Below, in pieces: positions 9,980-19,457 of a DNA stretch of 64,000 nucleotides. The stretch is from a virus (taxonomy: Duplodnaviria > Caudoviricetes): the IMG/VR virus record IMGVR_UViG_2770939586_000001. The stretch is one strand, 5' to 3'. The notes below the pieces were generated by a model. It was given only the letters and a program-made list of their open reading frames with translations, made no database searches and was not told the origin of the DNA. Made by a program: the position numbers and the translations under genes. The stretch's first letter is position 1, and each line of letters starts with the position of its first letter.

Positions 9980-10432
9980 TTAGTTCATGTGACCTTTACT
10001 TTTCAAACTGTAATGCCTTCCATCTCCTATGATAATGTGGTCAAGCAGTTCGATGCCCAGAACCTTTCCAGCTTCTTGTAACCGGCGCGTCACGTCTAAA
10101 TCTTCACGGCTCGGTCCTGGATCGCCGCTTGGATGGTTGTGAAACACTACGACAGATGTAGCGTTATTGAGCAATGCCCGTTGGAATACTTCGCGCGGAT
10201 GTACTACGCTACTGTTTACCGAGCCGGAGAAAATCAGGTGTGCGCCGATGATCTCATTCTTGGTGTTGAGTGAGAACATGCCAAAGTGTTCATTCGGCTT
10301 GCTGGATAGGCTGAAAATCTCCTCGATTGCGCGATAGGCTGCGTCTGGACTGGTGACTTTCTTGCTCTCAATGTCATACAGCGCGGCTTTATCCCGGATT
10401 AATTCTACAGAAAATACGTTGATTCGTTTCAT
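9980..10432 (-). CDS. radC: RadC-like JAB/MPN domain protein
   Basis: VHPREVF, HNHPSGDP.PSRED, LLDHIIIG. Confidence 0.92.
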   Translation of the reverse strand: MKRINVFSVELIRDKAALYDIESKKVTSPDAAYRAIEEIFSLSSKPNEHFGMFSLNTKNEIIGAHLIFSGSVNSSVVHPREVFQRALLNNATSVVVFHNHPSGDPGPSREDLDVTRRLQEAGKVLGIELLDHIIIGDGRHYSLKSKGHMN

Positions 10433-10488
10433 ACATATCATCTCCTGGGTAAAATTCGGGGTTCATCCCCTGTTCTGCCTACTGCTAC

Positions 10489-10512
10489 CTACCATAATGC
10501 GTATTATGGTAG
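10489..10512. promoter_or_regulatory. Perfect 10-bp inverted repeat upstream of radC
   Basis: CTACCATAAT-GCGT-ATTATGGTAG; each arm contains a CATAAT -10-like hexamer. Confidence 0.5.
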
Positions 10513-11314
10513 ATGTAATGGGGTGGAAGCGCATCGACGCTCGGAATTATAGGCGTTTATCCAGGCGATGCAGTAAAAACAAAGTGATAAGCAGCAGTAC
10601 ATTTGCCGATGCTAAAAGCCAAACCATGAAAATCACCTTCTTTCTTGCATTTTGGTGGTCACATCGCATAAACTACTGGTAAGGAGAGAAGGCGGGGAAG
10701 TTGAGCGACTTACGCCCGCCTTCCCTTTCTTTATTCTTGCTGTGAATCCGATGTGTCCGCATCGGATTTTTCTTTTTTCTCCCTGCTTGCTTCGATGTTG
10801 AACTCTATGTTGTTCCATTTGAAGCTAATCTTGATGCTTTTGTATGCGATGCAGAGAGCAAGAAAGAGTGCAGTAACCGCAAGAATCGTGACTAAATCTG
10901 GTTGCATTTGCCTTCACCTCCCTTCTCAGTAGAGTCCTCTTTACCCGTGGAGGGGAGCGAGGAAGGAAGGGGATGTTCATGCGTCTACCTCCTTTGTCGA
11001 TGCGCTTCCGGTATTCGGTTTTCAAGGTGCGGCGTGTGTCTGTCGTGGTGTTGACTCAACTATGCATGCGTGGAAAAAAGTTGGGTAGAAAAGTTTTTGT
11101 GTGCCGGTGGATGATAGGGAGCTGTCTGGTGATAGAGTGAATAGCCCCCCCAGTGCTTGGGATGACGCGGGTCTGCGCTTCGCGCCGGGGGTGTCTCCGA
11201 GCACATATATAAATTTTTTTGTCAACTCTGTTGCGCGTCTTGTAAAACTCAAAATTTGCATGAAAAAATGGGCTATTCTTAAAAGTGAGCCTGAATTTTT
11301 TATATGGTAAATTT

Positions 11315-11344
11315 TTGTTCCAAGTTGTTGCGGTGTGCTATGAT
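11315..11344 (+). promoter_or_regulatory. Sigma-A-like promoter of the rightward operon
   Basis: TTGTTC-N18-TATGAT with extended TG; followed by AGTAGAT repeats at 11348-11382. Confidence 0.5.
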
Positions 11345-11405
11345 ATGAGTAGATGGTAAGTAGATACTTGTATCTATCTACCGTCGCGATTTTGAAGATG
11401 AGGAG

Positions 11406-11855
11406 ATGATGACGATGGAGATGAATGAGCAGTATGTAACGGGTAGTCAACATGTAGCAACGCTCAAAACGTATGTATCGTACGAACAGGCGAAAGAGCA
11501 CATGGAGTTGCTGCTGAAGCTTAAGTCTAACGGAATGAAAGTAGAGCAGGAGATTTCGGCACTTGTAAAGTGGATGAGTGAAATGTTAGGTATCGAACCG
11601 GAAGATACGAGTTTTGCGGTGGCTAAACTAAAAGCATTCAGACCATCGATTATGGTGAGGATGTTCATGAGTCAAGCGAATATAAGTGAATACACTAAAG
11701 GGAAACCTTCTTATGGCTATAATGCCGATACGATTGGAGCACACAGTCAATCTGATGTACAGGTATACGTTCCTGTAAGTGAAATTGTAAAGTTTGACAA
11801 TGTTGCAGGAAAGCTTGTAGGGTACAAGATACGGGGAGATGAAGTATGTGAATGA
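11406..11855 (+). CDS. Hypothetical protein
   Basis: First ORF of the rightward operon; GGAGATGA RBS suggests a start near 11415. Confidence 0.7.
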   Translation: MMTMEMNEQYVTGSQHVATLKTYVSYEQAKEHMELLLKLKSNGMKVEQEISALVKWMSEMLGIEPEDTSFAVAKLKAFRPSIMVRMFMSQANISEYTKGKPSYGYNADTIGAHSQSDVQVYVPVSEIVKFDNVAGKLVGYKIRGDEVCE

Positions 11856-12000
11856 GCGCTTGGAAGCTAAAATAGAAAATGCTCGAAAACTCCAAGATGA
11901 ATTGAAGAGCACGGGAATTACTGCTGAGTTAGACGAGAAAACTGGTGAGTTGAAAATTAATGGTGCTGAATTTACAAAGGGAGATGATATGTATGGTTAA
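11848..12000 (+). CDS. 50-aa hypothetical protein (not in ORF track)
   Basis: GTG start after GGAGATGA; MNERLEAKIENARKLQDELK...; overlaps neighbours at both ends. Confidence 0.6.
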   Translation: MNERLEAKIENARKLQDELKSTGITAELDEKTGELKINGAEFTKGDDMYG

Positions 12001-12241
12001 TGAGAAGTCTTGGCAGGAGTTTAGAGACAGCGGTTTATTTTGGTTGATGAATAGTTTCCTGCATGTATTCGGATGGGCGATTGTTGTGGATGTTGATGAT
12101 AATGGCATCGCTAAATCTGCTTATCCAGCCAGAGTGAAATTTAGAGGATTCACCGAGAAGATCAATACGGAGGGATATCAAAAGGTATCTGCGTACATGC
12201 TTGAGAATGCAGAAGAATTGTTAAAAGAATCCAAGGAGTAG
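11993..12241 (+). CDS. Hypothetical phage protein
   Basis: WQEFRDSGLFWLMNSFLHVFGWAIVV..YPARVKFRGF; GGAGATGATATGTATG start. Confidence 0.75.
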   Translation: MVNEKSWQEFRDSGLFWLMNSFLHVFGWAIVVDVDDNGIAKSAYPARVKFRGFTEKINTEGYQKVSAYMLENAEELLKESKE

Positions 12242-12268
12242 CAGCTTTATCAAAGGAAATCATGAGTG

Positions 12269-12370
12269 ATGAAACATACATTTACACTTTGCGCAGAGAA
12301 TAGCTGTTGCTTGGTGGTGGAAGTAGAGTAGGAGATTTCGGCACTGGCAAAGCTGATGAACGAGATGATA
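12269..12370 (+). pseudogene. Chimeric remnant: 5' copy of the 12480 gene fused to an internal copy of the 11406 gene
   Basis: MKHTFTLCAENSCCLVVEVE*EISALAKLMNEM vs MKRTFTLCTENSCCPVVEVEQE and VEQEISALVKWMSEM; in-frame TAG at 12329. Confidence 0.75.
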
Positions 12371-12479
12371 CGTCTGTTAAGCTTGGATCGTTACCTACTG
12401 GGTGCACGATTCTTCCAGAATTTCAATATCATGCAAATAGAATCTGACATTAGTTAATGAGAAAGGAGATGATTTGCTT

Positions 12480-12734
12480 ATGAAACGTACCTTTACACTT
12501 TGCACAGAGAACAGTTGCTGTCCTGTAGTGGAGGTAGAACAAGAAATGTATACGGTGAAAGATGATTTTGGCGGAGTGCTTACGGCAGGTCGAGGATGGC
12601 TTCTGGATTGTGTTGTCGTTGCACTTGTAATGAATCATGATGACGTAGTTACAATTGGCACAGACGGGACCGGGAAAGTTAAACTACTGCGTGGCGAACT
12701 CGAAATGCTGGAGAAGGATTTACGTGGGAATTGA
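12480..12734 (+). CDS. Hypothetical Cys-containing protein
   Basis: AAAGGAGATGA RBS, ATG 12480. Confidence 0.65.
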   Translation: MKRTFTLCTENSCCPVVEVEQEMYTVKDDFGGVLTAGRGWLLDCVVVALVMNHDDVVTIGTDGTGKVKLLRGELEMLEKDLRGN

Positions 12735-13005
12735 ACTGCTGTATGCGCTAGCGTTACGTTTCTTCCTGATTGAATTCAAGTCAATCAAGCGGCTGCGTGA
12801 TTGGTTTCGCAATTTACACCCGTTATGTGGGCAATGGACGAGCTGCCCATTTTGTAACGGATTTTGGTGCGGGCTGTTCATCTACTGGTTATTTCACGGA
12901 GTCAACCTGCAGATTCTGTTCTTCGCGCTGGCTGCTGGATTTGCTTCGTTTCTGGTGAAGATTGGGCAAGAGTATATGCTGTATCGAATGAACGGTGGCG
13001 AATAG
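12724..13005 (+). CDS. Small membrane protein, DUF1360-like
   Basis: SCPFCNGFWCG motif flanked by hydrophobic helices; GTG start 12724 inferred. Confidence 0.6.
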   Translation: MGIELLYALALRFFLIEFKSIKRLRDWFRNLHPLCGQWTSCPFCNGFWCGLFIYWLFHGVNLQILFFALAAGFASFLVKIGQEYMLYRMNGGE

Positions 13006-13154
13006 CTGCCGTTTTCTTTTGTATAAAACCGTAAAATACCGTCGAATATAGCGAGTAGATAGTTGATTTTTGACGAAACAATCAAGTGGAAAAACAACGT
13101 TGATGTGATAAAATCTAGATATAAACTGAATAATCGTGATTGGGAGTGAATTGC

Positions 13155-13943
13155 ATGGTCCGTAGTTCTTCGGAATGGAGAAGCAGATTAGTTGAAGAAG
13201 CGTTGGAAGCTATGAACAACGGAGAGCGTGGAGAGATTAAGCAGGTATTAGAGCACATTGCTGATACGCATAAAAAGACGTTTAATACTGTTAAAACTGT
13301 GTTTTACAAGGAGATACGCCCGAACATCTTTGAGAAAGACGGTGTATTCATCTATCAAAATGACGATGAGCAAGTAGATGGAGATATTATTACGTATGTG
13401 GAGTCGCCGAGTGAGGTAAAAGTTGGCGATCATGTTCGTGTGACTGTGACTGATATTATGCATTATGGTGTATTTGCGCAGCTAGGTACTCTGAAATGTT
13501 TGTTGCACATTTCAAATGTGAGTACAGGATTTATCAAAGAAGATGATCTACCGAAGTTATTTAAGATTGGTGATGTATTCGATGCGTATGTGCATAAAGT
13601 AGAAGAAGGCCACATCGCAATTTCGACAAAAGGTATAGACTTGTCGAAGAAAGATAAAAAAACGGAAAAAGTTGTTACAAAGGTAACTGCTTTGCGTGTT
13701 GTGAAAGAAGAAAAGCAAATTGAACATACGGATGATAAGTATGTAGCGGATATTGTTAAGTATTTGAACGAATACTTTGGTCCGGTTTCTCCTTCAGCGA
13801 AGGAAAAGTTACAGGAAATGTACAAAGAACACGGTCCCGTTACCTTGAGCATGGCAATATCGGAAGTGAAGAATGCATTCAAGGTTGACCCGGTGCTGCT
13901 ATTTTTAGGAGAAGTTGATAAAAAAGTGAGTGGCTGTCTTTGA
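13155..13943 (+). CDS. S1 RNA-binding domain protein
   Basis: VKVGDHVRVTVTDIMHYGVFAQLG..LLHISNVS..FKIGDVFDAYVHKVE..IAISTK. Confidence 0.85.
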   Translation: MVRSSSEWRSRLVEEALEAMNNGERGEIKQVLEHIADTHKKTFNTVKTVFYKEIRPNIFEKDGVFIYQNDDEQVDGDIITYVESPSEVKVGDHVRVTVTDIMHYGVFAQLGTLKCLLHISNVSTGFIKEDDLPKLFKIGDVFDAYVHKVEEGHIAISTKGIDLSKKDKKTEKVVTKVTALRVVKEEKQIEHTDDKYVADIVKYLNEYFGPVSPSAKEKLQEMYKEHGPVTLSMAISEVKNAFKVDPVLLFLGEVDKKVSGCL

Positions 13944-14241
13944 CCAGGCTTACTACGCTTCTAATCATGCGGCAGAGGAGTATATAAGACGCTTTGATAA
14001 TGACATTCCGACTCCAGAAACGATAAAAAAGACAAAGCGTATGTTACCTAATATCGTAGCAAGTGGAGATATTATCATTGAGTTCAGAGAATATCGTTAT
14101 GTGCGAAATGTAAAGGCGTTTTTCCCGTGTGTTCAAGTAGAAGGTGGAAAGTATTTGATTCGTACGACGATGCGGTGGAGTGATGTGGAGCCGCGCTTAC
14201 AGGAGATTGTGGATTTGTATAGCAGGGAGAGCGAGGGGTAG
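13930..14241 (+). CDS. Hypothetical protein, possible small ribonuclease fold
   Basis: SNHAAEEYIRRF N-terminus and LIRTTM strand resemble HA..R..R / T motifs of DUF4258-like folds. Confidence 0.5.
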   Translation: MAVFDQAYYASNHAAEEYIRRFDNDIPTPETIKKTKRMLPNIVASGDIIIEFREYRYVRNVKAFFPCVQVEGGKYLIRTTMRWSDVEPRLQEIVDLYSRESEG

Positions 14242-14258
14242 TCGTATGACTGCCCCTT

Positions 14259-14894
14259 TTGCCTATTCTAACTGCAAAGGTGGTGGATGGGATGGAGACT
14301 CCTGAAAATGAGAAGCAAATCGTTCCACGTGGTAGCATCGGTAAGATTGAATTATGGGAGCTTGAAAAAGATGTGATTGAGCTGCGTAAGATCGGGCTTT
14401 CCTATCAGCAGATTGTAGATGAGTTATTCCAGAGAGGTAAGGTTCCAGAAGGAGAAAAGCTGGATAAATACGTGATTAAGCGTTTTTTGGACAAAGTGCC
14501 GGAATTGAAAACAATTGTGCGTGGTAGTAAGAAGCGCATTGTGCAGGCGGTGTCGGCTGAACTGGATATTATCTACGAAGTGAGCTTGTTTGCGGCCAAG
14601 TGCAGGAACTTGCTTGAACTGTTGGAAGAGGAAGCGTTGGAGCACTCCACGTTGCCGAATCCTGGTCACTTCAAGGCGCTGTCGAGTGAGATGCGTGAAT
14701 GGCTCAAGATGATGAAGGAGATTCAGAAGGAGATAGCTGACTATAACAACGTTCGTACATTCATGAAAATTGTGCTGGAGACGGTCAAAAAGGAAGCGCC
14801 GAAGGCATTGCCATCTATTTTGAGGCAGATGCAAGACATGAAGACTGCATCATGGTTTGATGGAATGGGAGAAGATACGGAAGGGGAGGTGTAG
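14259..14894 (+). CDS. Probable terminase small subunit
   Basis: HTH-like ELRKIGLSYQQIVDEL plus coiled coil, upstream of terL. Confidence 0.55.
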   Translation: MPILTAKVVDGMETPENEKQIVPRGSIGKIELWELEKDVIELRKIGLSYQQIVDELFQRGKVPEGEKLDKYVIKRFLDKVPELKTIVRGSKKRIVQAVSAELDIIYEVSLFAAKCRNLLELLEEEALEHSTLPNPGHFKALSSEMREWLKMMKEIQKEIADYNNVRTFMKIVLETVKKEAPKALPSILRQMQDMKTASWFDGMGEDTEGEV

Positions 14895-15048
14895 TGTGAA
14901 AGAGCATGGATTTACACTGGAGAAGCAAGTAGAACAGACATTGAAAAAGGAAGATTTCTTCAAGGGATATAAGCGGCCTGAGTATTTCAAAACTGGTGGA
15001 AGATGCGATTGTAAAAACTGCTCATGTAAAAAAGGTAAGCAGTCATGA
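14895..15048 (+). CDS. Small Cys-tailed protein (start approximate)
   Basis: GGAGGTG RBS then GTG; ends CDCKNCSCKKGKQS; overlaps terL start. Confidence 0.45.
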
Positions 15049-16757
15049 GTAACTTTTATTTAAACAAACTTCTCGGTGATTTCGCTGAGATGGCCGAAAG
15101 TTATGAGGAAAAAGAGGGGATCTGGCGTGAAGAACCGCTAGATTTATTCGAATTTTGTAAGCAGCAGTTAGATATTACACCGTTTGAAGGTAAACAAACG
15201 GAAATTTTCCGTAAAATCAACAACGTTGTCATGTGGAAAATCACACAGGACGAGCAGTATGCGGATACAGCAGAGCAAGATTTAACTGAGATTTTACTCC
15301 TGCTCGGCAAGGGTTCTGGGAAAGATTATATACTAAGTGCGGTATTCTGTTGGATTTCGTATCTGTTAAATTGCTTGAACGATCCACAGAAAACACTAGG
15401 AATAGCTGAGGGGGAAGCGGTTGATCTTGTCAACGTTGCGAATAACACGCATCAAGCGAATGAGGTGTTTTTCTTCAAATTCAAGCAGCGCCTTGCGAAG
15501 TGCGCGTTTTTCAAGCGTGTAGATCGGGAACCGCGTGCGTTTAATGAGTATCAGCCAATGCGGTCTATGATTCGCTTCTTCAACAACATCAAAGCACATT
15601 CCACTCATGCGGATGCGGAAACACTAGAAGGCGCGAATCCTTTCGTTGTGGTATTCGATGAAATATCTGGTATACCATATGAACAGGCTGACAAAGTATA
15701 TGATACGTTCAGTTCATCAGCGGCCACACGCTACAATGACCGTATGCTCCTTCTGTTTATCTCATTCCCGCGTCATCAGGGGGACTTCTTGTATGTCAAG
15801 TTCACTAAGTGGGAGCAGGAAGGTACGCCGCATATTTGGGGCATCAAGGGGAAGTCATGGGAAGTTAACCCGAAAATATCACGGGATAGTTTGCAGAAGT
15901 TTTACGACAAGAATCCAGAAGATGCTAAGATGCGTTATGAATGTATTGCACCGGAAGCGGAAGCAGGATTCTTCGAGTTCCCAGAGAAAATTGACTATGT
16001 AGTTGTGCCGGGGAAGGCTGCACAGTGTCCGGGTGTGGTGATTCAGCAAAAGGTTACGACTCGGATGCTGAAAAACGAAACAGAGGTTCACTTTGTCGGG
16101 TTGGAGATTTTTAACCTGCAATTGAATCCTGAGTACACCTATTATCTCGGCGGCGATGGCGGTGTGGTAACAGATAGCTATGTATTGTGCTTGATGCATG
16201 GAGAACCTACTGTGAAAGAAGAGACGATAGATGTCGAAGTAGTGACACGCATCGTGAATAAGCCGGTAGAGGATTTGTTACTTGAGTGGCGTCCGAACAA
16301 GAAAGAGCGCTTGCCGGTTGATTTGATGAACGTAGCGGAGATTATTGAGTTGATATGTAGTCAAGTGTATGTGAAGAAGGCGCTATTCGATAAGTTTAAC
16401 TCCGCAGATATTACACAACGGTTGATTTCTCTTGGAGTTGATGCGGAGGACAAAAACTTCTCCAACCAGTTTCAAGTCGAAGCCTATAAAAACTTACGGG
16501 GCCTTATCTACACGCAGAATATTGAGTTGTTGGATCACCAGATTACAGATGGTAGTGAGCGTCTGAACGCGAATGAGGAATTGAAAAGGTTGAAGTTGAT
16601 TAATGACTCGAAGATCGATCACGACAGGCAATACGCAAAGGATTTTTCCGATGCACGGATAGCCGCGACTTGGATTTGTACGAACGATACGCCGGAATCA
16701 GAAAGTCATGCGGCTGATATTGGGTTGTTTGGAGCTGTGCGCGGTTCACGTATGTAG
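15045..16757 (+). CDS. terL: Terminase large subunit
   Basis: GKGSGKD Walker A, VVFDE Walker B, ISFP coupling motif, RNase H-like GGDGG..DS, DH....KDFSDA. Confidence 0.9.
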   Translation: MSNFYLNKLLGDFAEMAESYEEKEGIWREEPLDLFEFCKQQLDITPFEGKQTEIFRKINNVVMWKITQDEQYADTAEQDLTEILLLLGKGSGKDYILSAVFCWISYLLNCLNDPQKTLGIAEGEAVDLVNVANNTHQANEVFFFKFKQRLAKCAFFKRVDREPRAFNEYQPMRSMIRFFNNIKAHSTHADAETLEGANPFVVVFDEISGIPYEQADKVYDTFSSSAATRYNDRMLLLFISFPRHQGDFLYVKFTKWEQEGTPHIWGIKGKSWEVNPKISRDSLQKFYDKNPEDAKMRYECIAPEAEAGFFEFPEKIDYVVVPGKAAQCPGVVIQQKVTTRMLKNETEVHFVGLEIFNLQLNPEYTYYLGGDGGVVTDSYVLCLMHGEPTVKEETIDVEVVTRIVNKPVEDLLLEWRPNKKERLPVDLMNVAEIIELICSQVYVKKALFDKFNSADITQRLISLGVDAEDKNFSNQFQVEAYKNLRGLIYTQNIELLDHQITDGSERLNANEELKRLKLINDSKIDHDRQYAKDFSDARIAATWICTNDTPESESHAADIGLFGAVRGSRM

Positions 16758-16758
16758 A

Positions 16759-16785
16759 AATAACCCGGTATAGAACCGGGTTATT
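16759..16785. terminator. Bidirectional terminator between terL and the relaxase gene
   Basis: AATAACCCGGT...ACCGGGTTATT inverted repeat between convergent genes. Confidence 0.7.
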
Positions 16786-17383
16786 GGTCTTTTATAGCGT
16801 TTTTATCCATGAATTCATTGACATCTTTACTTTGGAATACCCGGAAGTGTTCACTTTTTACATTGTATTCTCTTTCTGTAATAAGCCATACATGACCGAA
16901 ATGGTTGCGTTTCTCGGTCCACTTGTCACTAAGAAAATAGGATTCGTATCGCTTGATTTTGTCCGTAATCATTTTTTCTGAATAGATGCTACGCTGAATC
17001 TCAATAAACCACGGAGCACCTTTCCAATGCATATAAATATCCGGCTCAGGTTCACCTTTTTGGAATTTTGGTTCAACAATGAATTCTTTTGGATAGCCGT
17101 ACATTAAGATTTGCTTGTAGAAATCTACGATGAGCAGGTAATGGTTCGTCTTTTGTCCTCCGATTTTGGTGGATGCCGGATTTGGATAGTACACATACGG
17201 CTGTGTGGTTGTATCCGCTTGAATGTATCCGTCTCGACGCAGACGTTTTAATACCAAATTGCAATTGCTGGTTTTACTTTTGTTCGTAGAGAAAAACAGG
17301 TCTGCAATCTGATCGCGTGTCATACATCTAAACATAGACAGGGTGTCGATGATGCGCTTATCTCGTTGTCGCACATTTGTCAC
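16781..17383 (-). CDS. Replication-relaxation (Replic_Relax) family protein
   Basis: RDKRII..L..FRCMTRDQIA wHTH, H.L.IVDFY, PDIY..FIEIQRS nuclease motif; coupled to FtsK. Confidence 0.85.
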   Translation of the reverse strand: MTNVRQRDKRIIDTLSMFRCMTRDQIADLFFSTNKSKTSNCNLVLKRLRRDGYIQADTTTQPYVYYPNPASTKIGGQKTNHYLLIVDFYKQILMYGYPKEFIVEPKFQKGEPEPDIYMHWKGAPWFIEIQRSIYSEKMITDKIKRYESYFLSDKWTEKRNHFGHVWLITEREYNVKSEHFRVFQSKDVNEFMDKNAIKDQ

Positions 17384-18687
17384 TCCAAGTCGAATATTTT
17401 ATTTTCCTCTATTTGCTCCGGTTCGGGCCGGGGCTTTTTTTGTTGGTATGGACGTAGCATTACCTTTGCCATTTTGTCAGCTAAGAACGGGGCCTGGATT
17501 TCCTGAAGGCCACGTTTATATTTTACAAAAGCATAGCCGTCTTCGATTTCTCTATCTGGCTTCATTCGCATGTTTAGGGCGATACCGTAGTTAATATCGT
17601 CTGGCTGGCGGAAGCAGATGCGGACGGTAAGACATTGCTTCAGTTTTCCATCTAATACAGTGCTGTCTGGGCGCTGCATACTTAGCAGGAGAAAGACTCC
17701 ATTCGAGCGACCGACAATTGCGATGTTTTCGATTTTCTCCATGATCGCTTTGTTATCACGGAGCAATGCTACTTCATCAACACAGACAACGATGTAAGGC
17801 ACTTGCTCTGGCAGATCGTCAATGTGAACTTTGCCGTGCTGACGCAAAAGCTGACCGCGTCTTTTGATTTCTTTCTCTATTTTAATCAGTAGTTTGAGTA
17901 GTTTTCCTTCATCGTTTTCATAAAGAGATGCCTGCACATGCTCAATGTTTTCAAACAGGTGAAACTCACTTCCTTTTAAGTCGCAAAGATACAAGTGAAG
18001 TTTTTCAGGGGAAAGGTGTTTTATCCAGGTAGTAATAATCTGCCGGATTTCGGTTGATTTCCCGCTGCCAGTTTCGCCGCAGATAAGAAGGTGTGGATTG
18101 TCAATCATATCAACGATTAGCCAGTATCCTTCTTGGTCTTTACCGATGACGATAGGTAGTTTCATGTCGGATAAGTGGGGGAGAATTTCGTCGAAGTCGT
18201 AGGCGAACGTTTGAATTCCTTTATAATAGGCTTTTACTGTAAAGTGTTTTCCGGTATGCTCAATGAACACATGCTGACCAAATTCTTGTTTAAATAGCCA
18301 TTCTGCTTTGTATACATCGTCTGGATTTATGCCGAAGACGATGTTAAATACGATGGTAATACCTTTGTTGTCGTATTGAATCGCGCGGATTTGAGGATAT
18401 ATTTTCCGTCCGTTTTCTCTTTCTCTGTAGATTTCTCCTTCATCAAAAATTCGTTTCAAGCTGCGTCTTGCTTTTGTATTAGGCATTGACTGATACGTAT
18501 AGTTGGCTACGCCGAGTGAGGTGCATATGCCTGCCAACTTTAAGGCTTGCGTTTTAAGCGCTGTGATTTCGTAAGGGCTAAGCGAATGGATAGGGAGAGG
18601 GATTCCAAACAGAGCCATAGTTTTCGCTGTCATGAAAGCACCGAAGCCGATAGCTAGTGTACCTTGCAACGGAGTCATCTTTTGCAT
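17380..18687 (-). CDS. FtsK/SpoIIIE-family ATPase with N-terminal membrane anchor
   Basis: PHLLICGETGSGKS, DLKGSEF, VCVDE, GRSNG, QRPD. Confidence 0.92.
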   Translation of the reverse strand: MQKMTPLQGTLAIGFGAFMTAKTMALFGIPLPIHSLSPYEITALKTQALKLAGICTSLGVANYTYQSMPNTKARRSLKRIFDEGEIYRERENGRKIYPQIRAIQYDNKGITIVFNIVFGINPDDVYKAEWLFKQEFGQHVFIEHTGKHFTVKAYYKGIQTFAYDFDEILPHLSDMKLPIVIGKDQEGYWLIVDMIDNPHLLICGETGSGKSTEIRQIITTWIKHLSPEKLHLYLCDLKGSEFHLFENIEHVQASLYENDEGKLLKLLIKIEKEIKRRGQLLRQHGKVHIDDLPEQVPYIVVCVDEVALLRDNKAIMEKIENIAIVGRSNGVFLLLSMQRPDSTVLDGKLKQCLTVRICFRQPDDINYGIALNMRMKPDREIEDGYAFVKYKRGLQEIQAPFLADKMAKVMLRPYQQKKPRPEPEQIEENKIFDLE

Positions 18688-18734
18688 TTATTTACCAGCT
18701 CCTCATATCTTATGAACCGATGAAAAAACTCTTC

Positions 18735-19181
18735 CTATTCATTTAGACATACCGCATCTTCTTCGTAAAAAATCCGTCCATTTTCTTCTAGACAATCCAG
18801 TATCTTTACATACTCCGATAACGGAAGTCCTGTCTTTCTCCAAAGCAGATTAGGGTCCTCATTTTGTTCGTCTATACCTGTTGTTTCGATGGCATTTAAA
18901 ACAAGTTGCTTAACGTAGGCAGTGGACTTTTTCCCATTCTCTACTAGCCGCTGAATGCAGTACGTCACAATCCCTTCAACTCCGTCCCGGCCATACCCCC
19001 ATCCAACGACATAAACAGCGCTCTCCATGCCATAACGCCCATATTTTGAGGCGTAGTACACACGATCAAGCAGAAATTCTTGCGTCAATAATTTGATTGC
19101 TGTCAGCATGTTTTGTGATTGTCTTGTTGCTAACAGATGTTCACCATCTTCATCCATAGTGCAGATGTGATATTCTCTCAT
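18735..19181 (-). CDS. Hypothetical protein with possible C-terminal winged helix
   Basis: AAGGAG RBS; LWRKTGLPLSEYVKILDCLEENGRI. Confidence 0.6.
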   Translation of the reverse strand: MREYHICTMDEDGEHLLATRQSQNMLTAIKLLTQEFLLDRVYYASKYGRYGMESAVYVVGWGYGRDGVEGIVTYCIQRLVENGKKSTAYVKQLVLNAIETTGIDEQNEDPNLLWRKTGLPLSEYVKILDCLEENGRIFYEEDAVCLNE

Positions 19182-19200
19182 GCGAATTCTCCTTTACGTT

Positions 19201-19299
19201 TTATACCCAAAACCTTTGCCAAGAGATGACATGCTCTTTATGTTGCCGTTTCCACCATACCTTATGGGCGATATAGCAGCAGATGATGATTGTTTTCAC
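19201..19299 (-). CDS. 32-aa mini-ORF D (Trp-rich, basic)
   Basis: MKTIIICCYIAHKVWWKRQHKEHVISWQRFWV; GAGGAGG RBS, GTGA overlap. Confidence 0.45.
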   Translation of the reverse strand: MKTIIICCYIAHKVWWKRQHKEHVISWQRFWV

Positions 19300-19457
19300 G
19301 GCTTAATTACCTCCTCGATAAATTCACGTAGGAATCCAACATAGGACCGGATATCTTCGACATGGTTATAGACTTCATCAGAAGAAGCAAGGTCTGGAAG
19401 TTCAGATAACTTTCCGCTAATGCGCTTAAATATGAATTCGATTGCTTTTTCTTTCAC
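19296..19457 (-). CDS. 53-aa mini-ORF C, paralog of mini-ORF B
   Basis: MKEKAIEFIFKRISG...HVEDIRSYVGFLREFIEEVIKP; GAGGAGG RBS, GTGA overlap. Confidence 0.7.
   Translation of the reverse strand: MKEKAIEFIFKRISGKLSELPDLASSDEVYNHVEDIRSYVGFLREFIEEVIKP

Noticed and set aside
10633-11501. Several overlapping ORFs in the track (10633, 10825, 11022, 11101)
   Set aside because: No convincing RBS or recognisable motifs; region treated as non-coding
16781-18687. Integrated ICE or conjugative element
   Set aside because: No VirB4, VirB6, integrase or att repeats seen in the window
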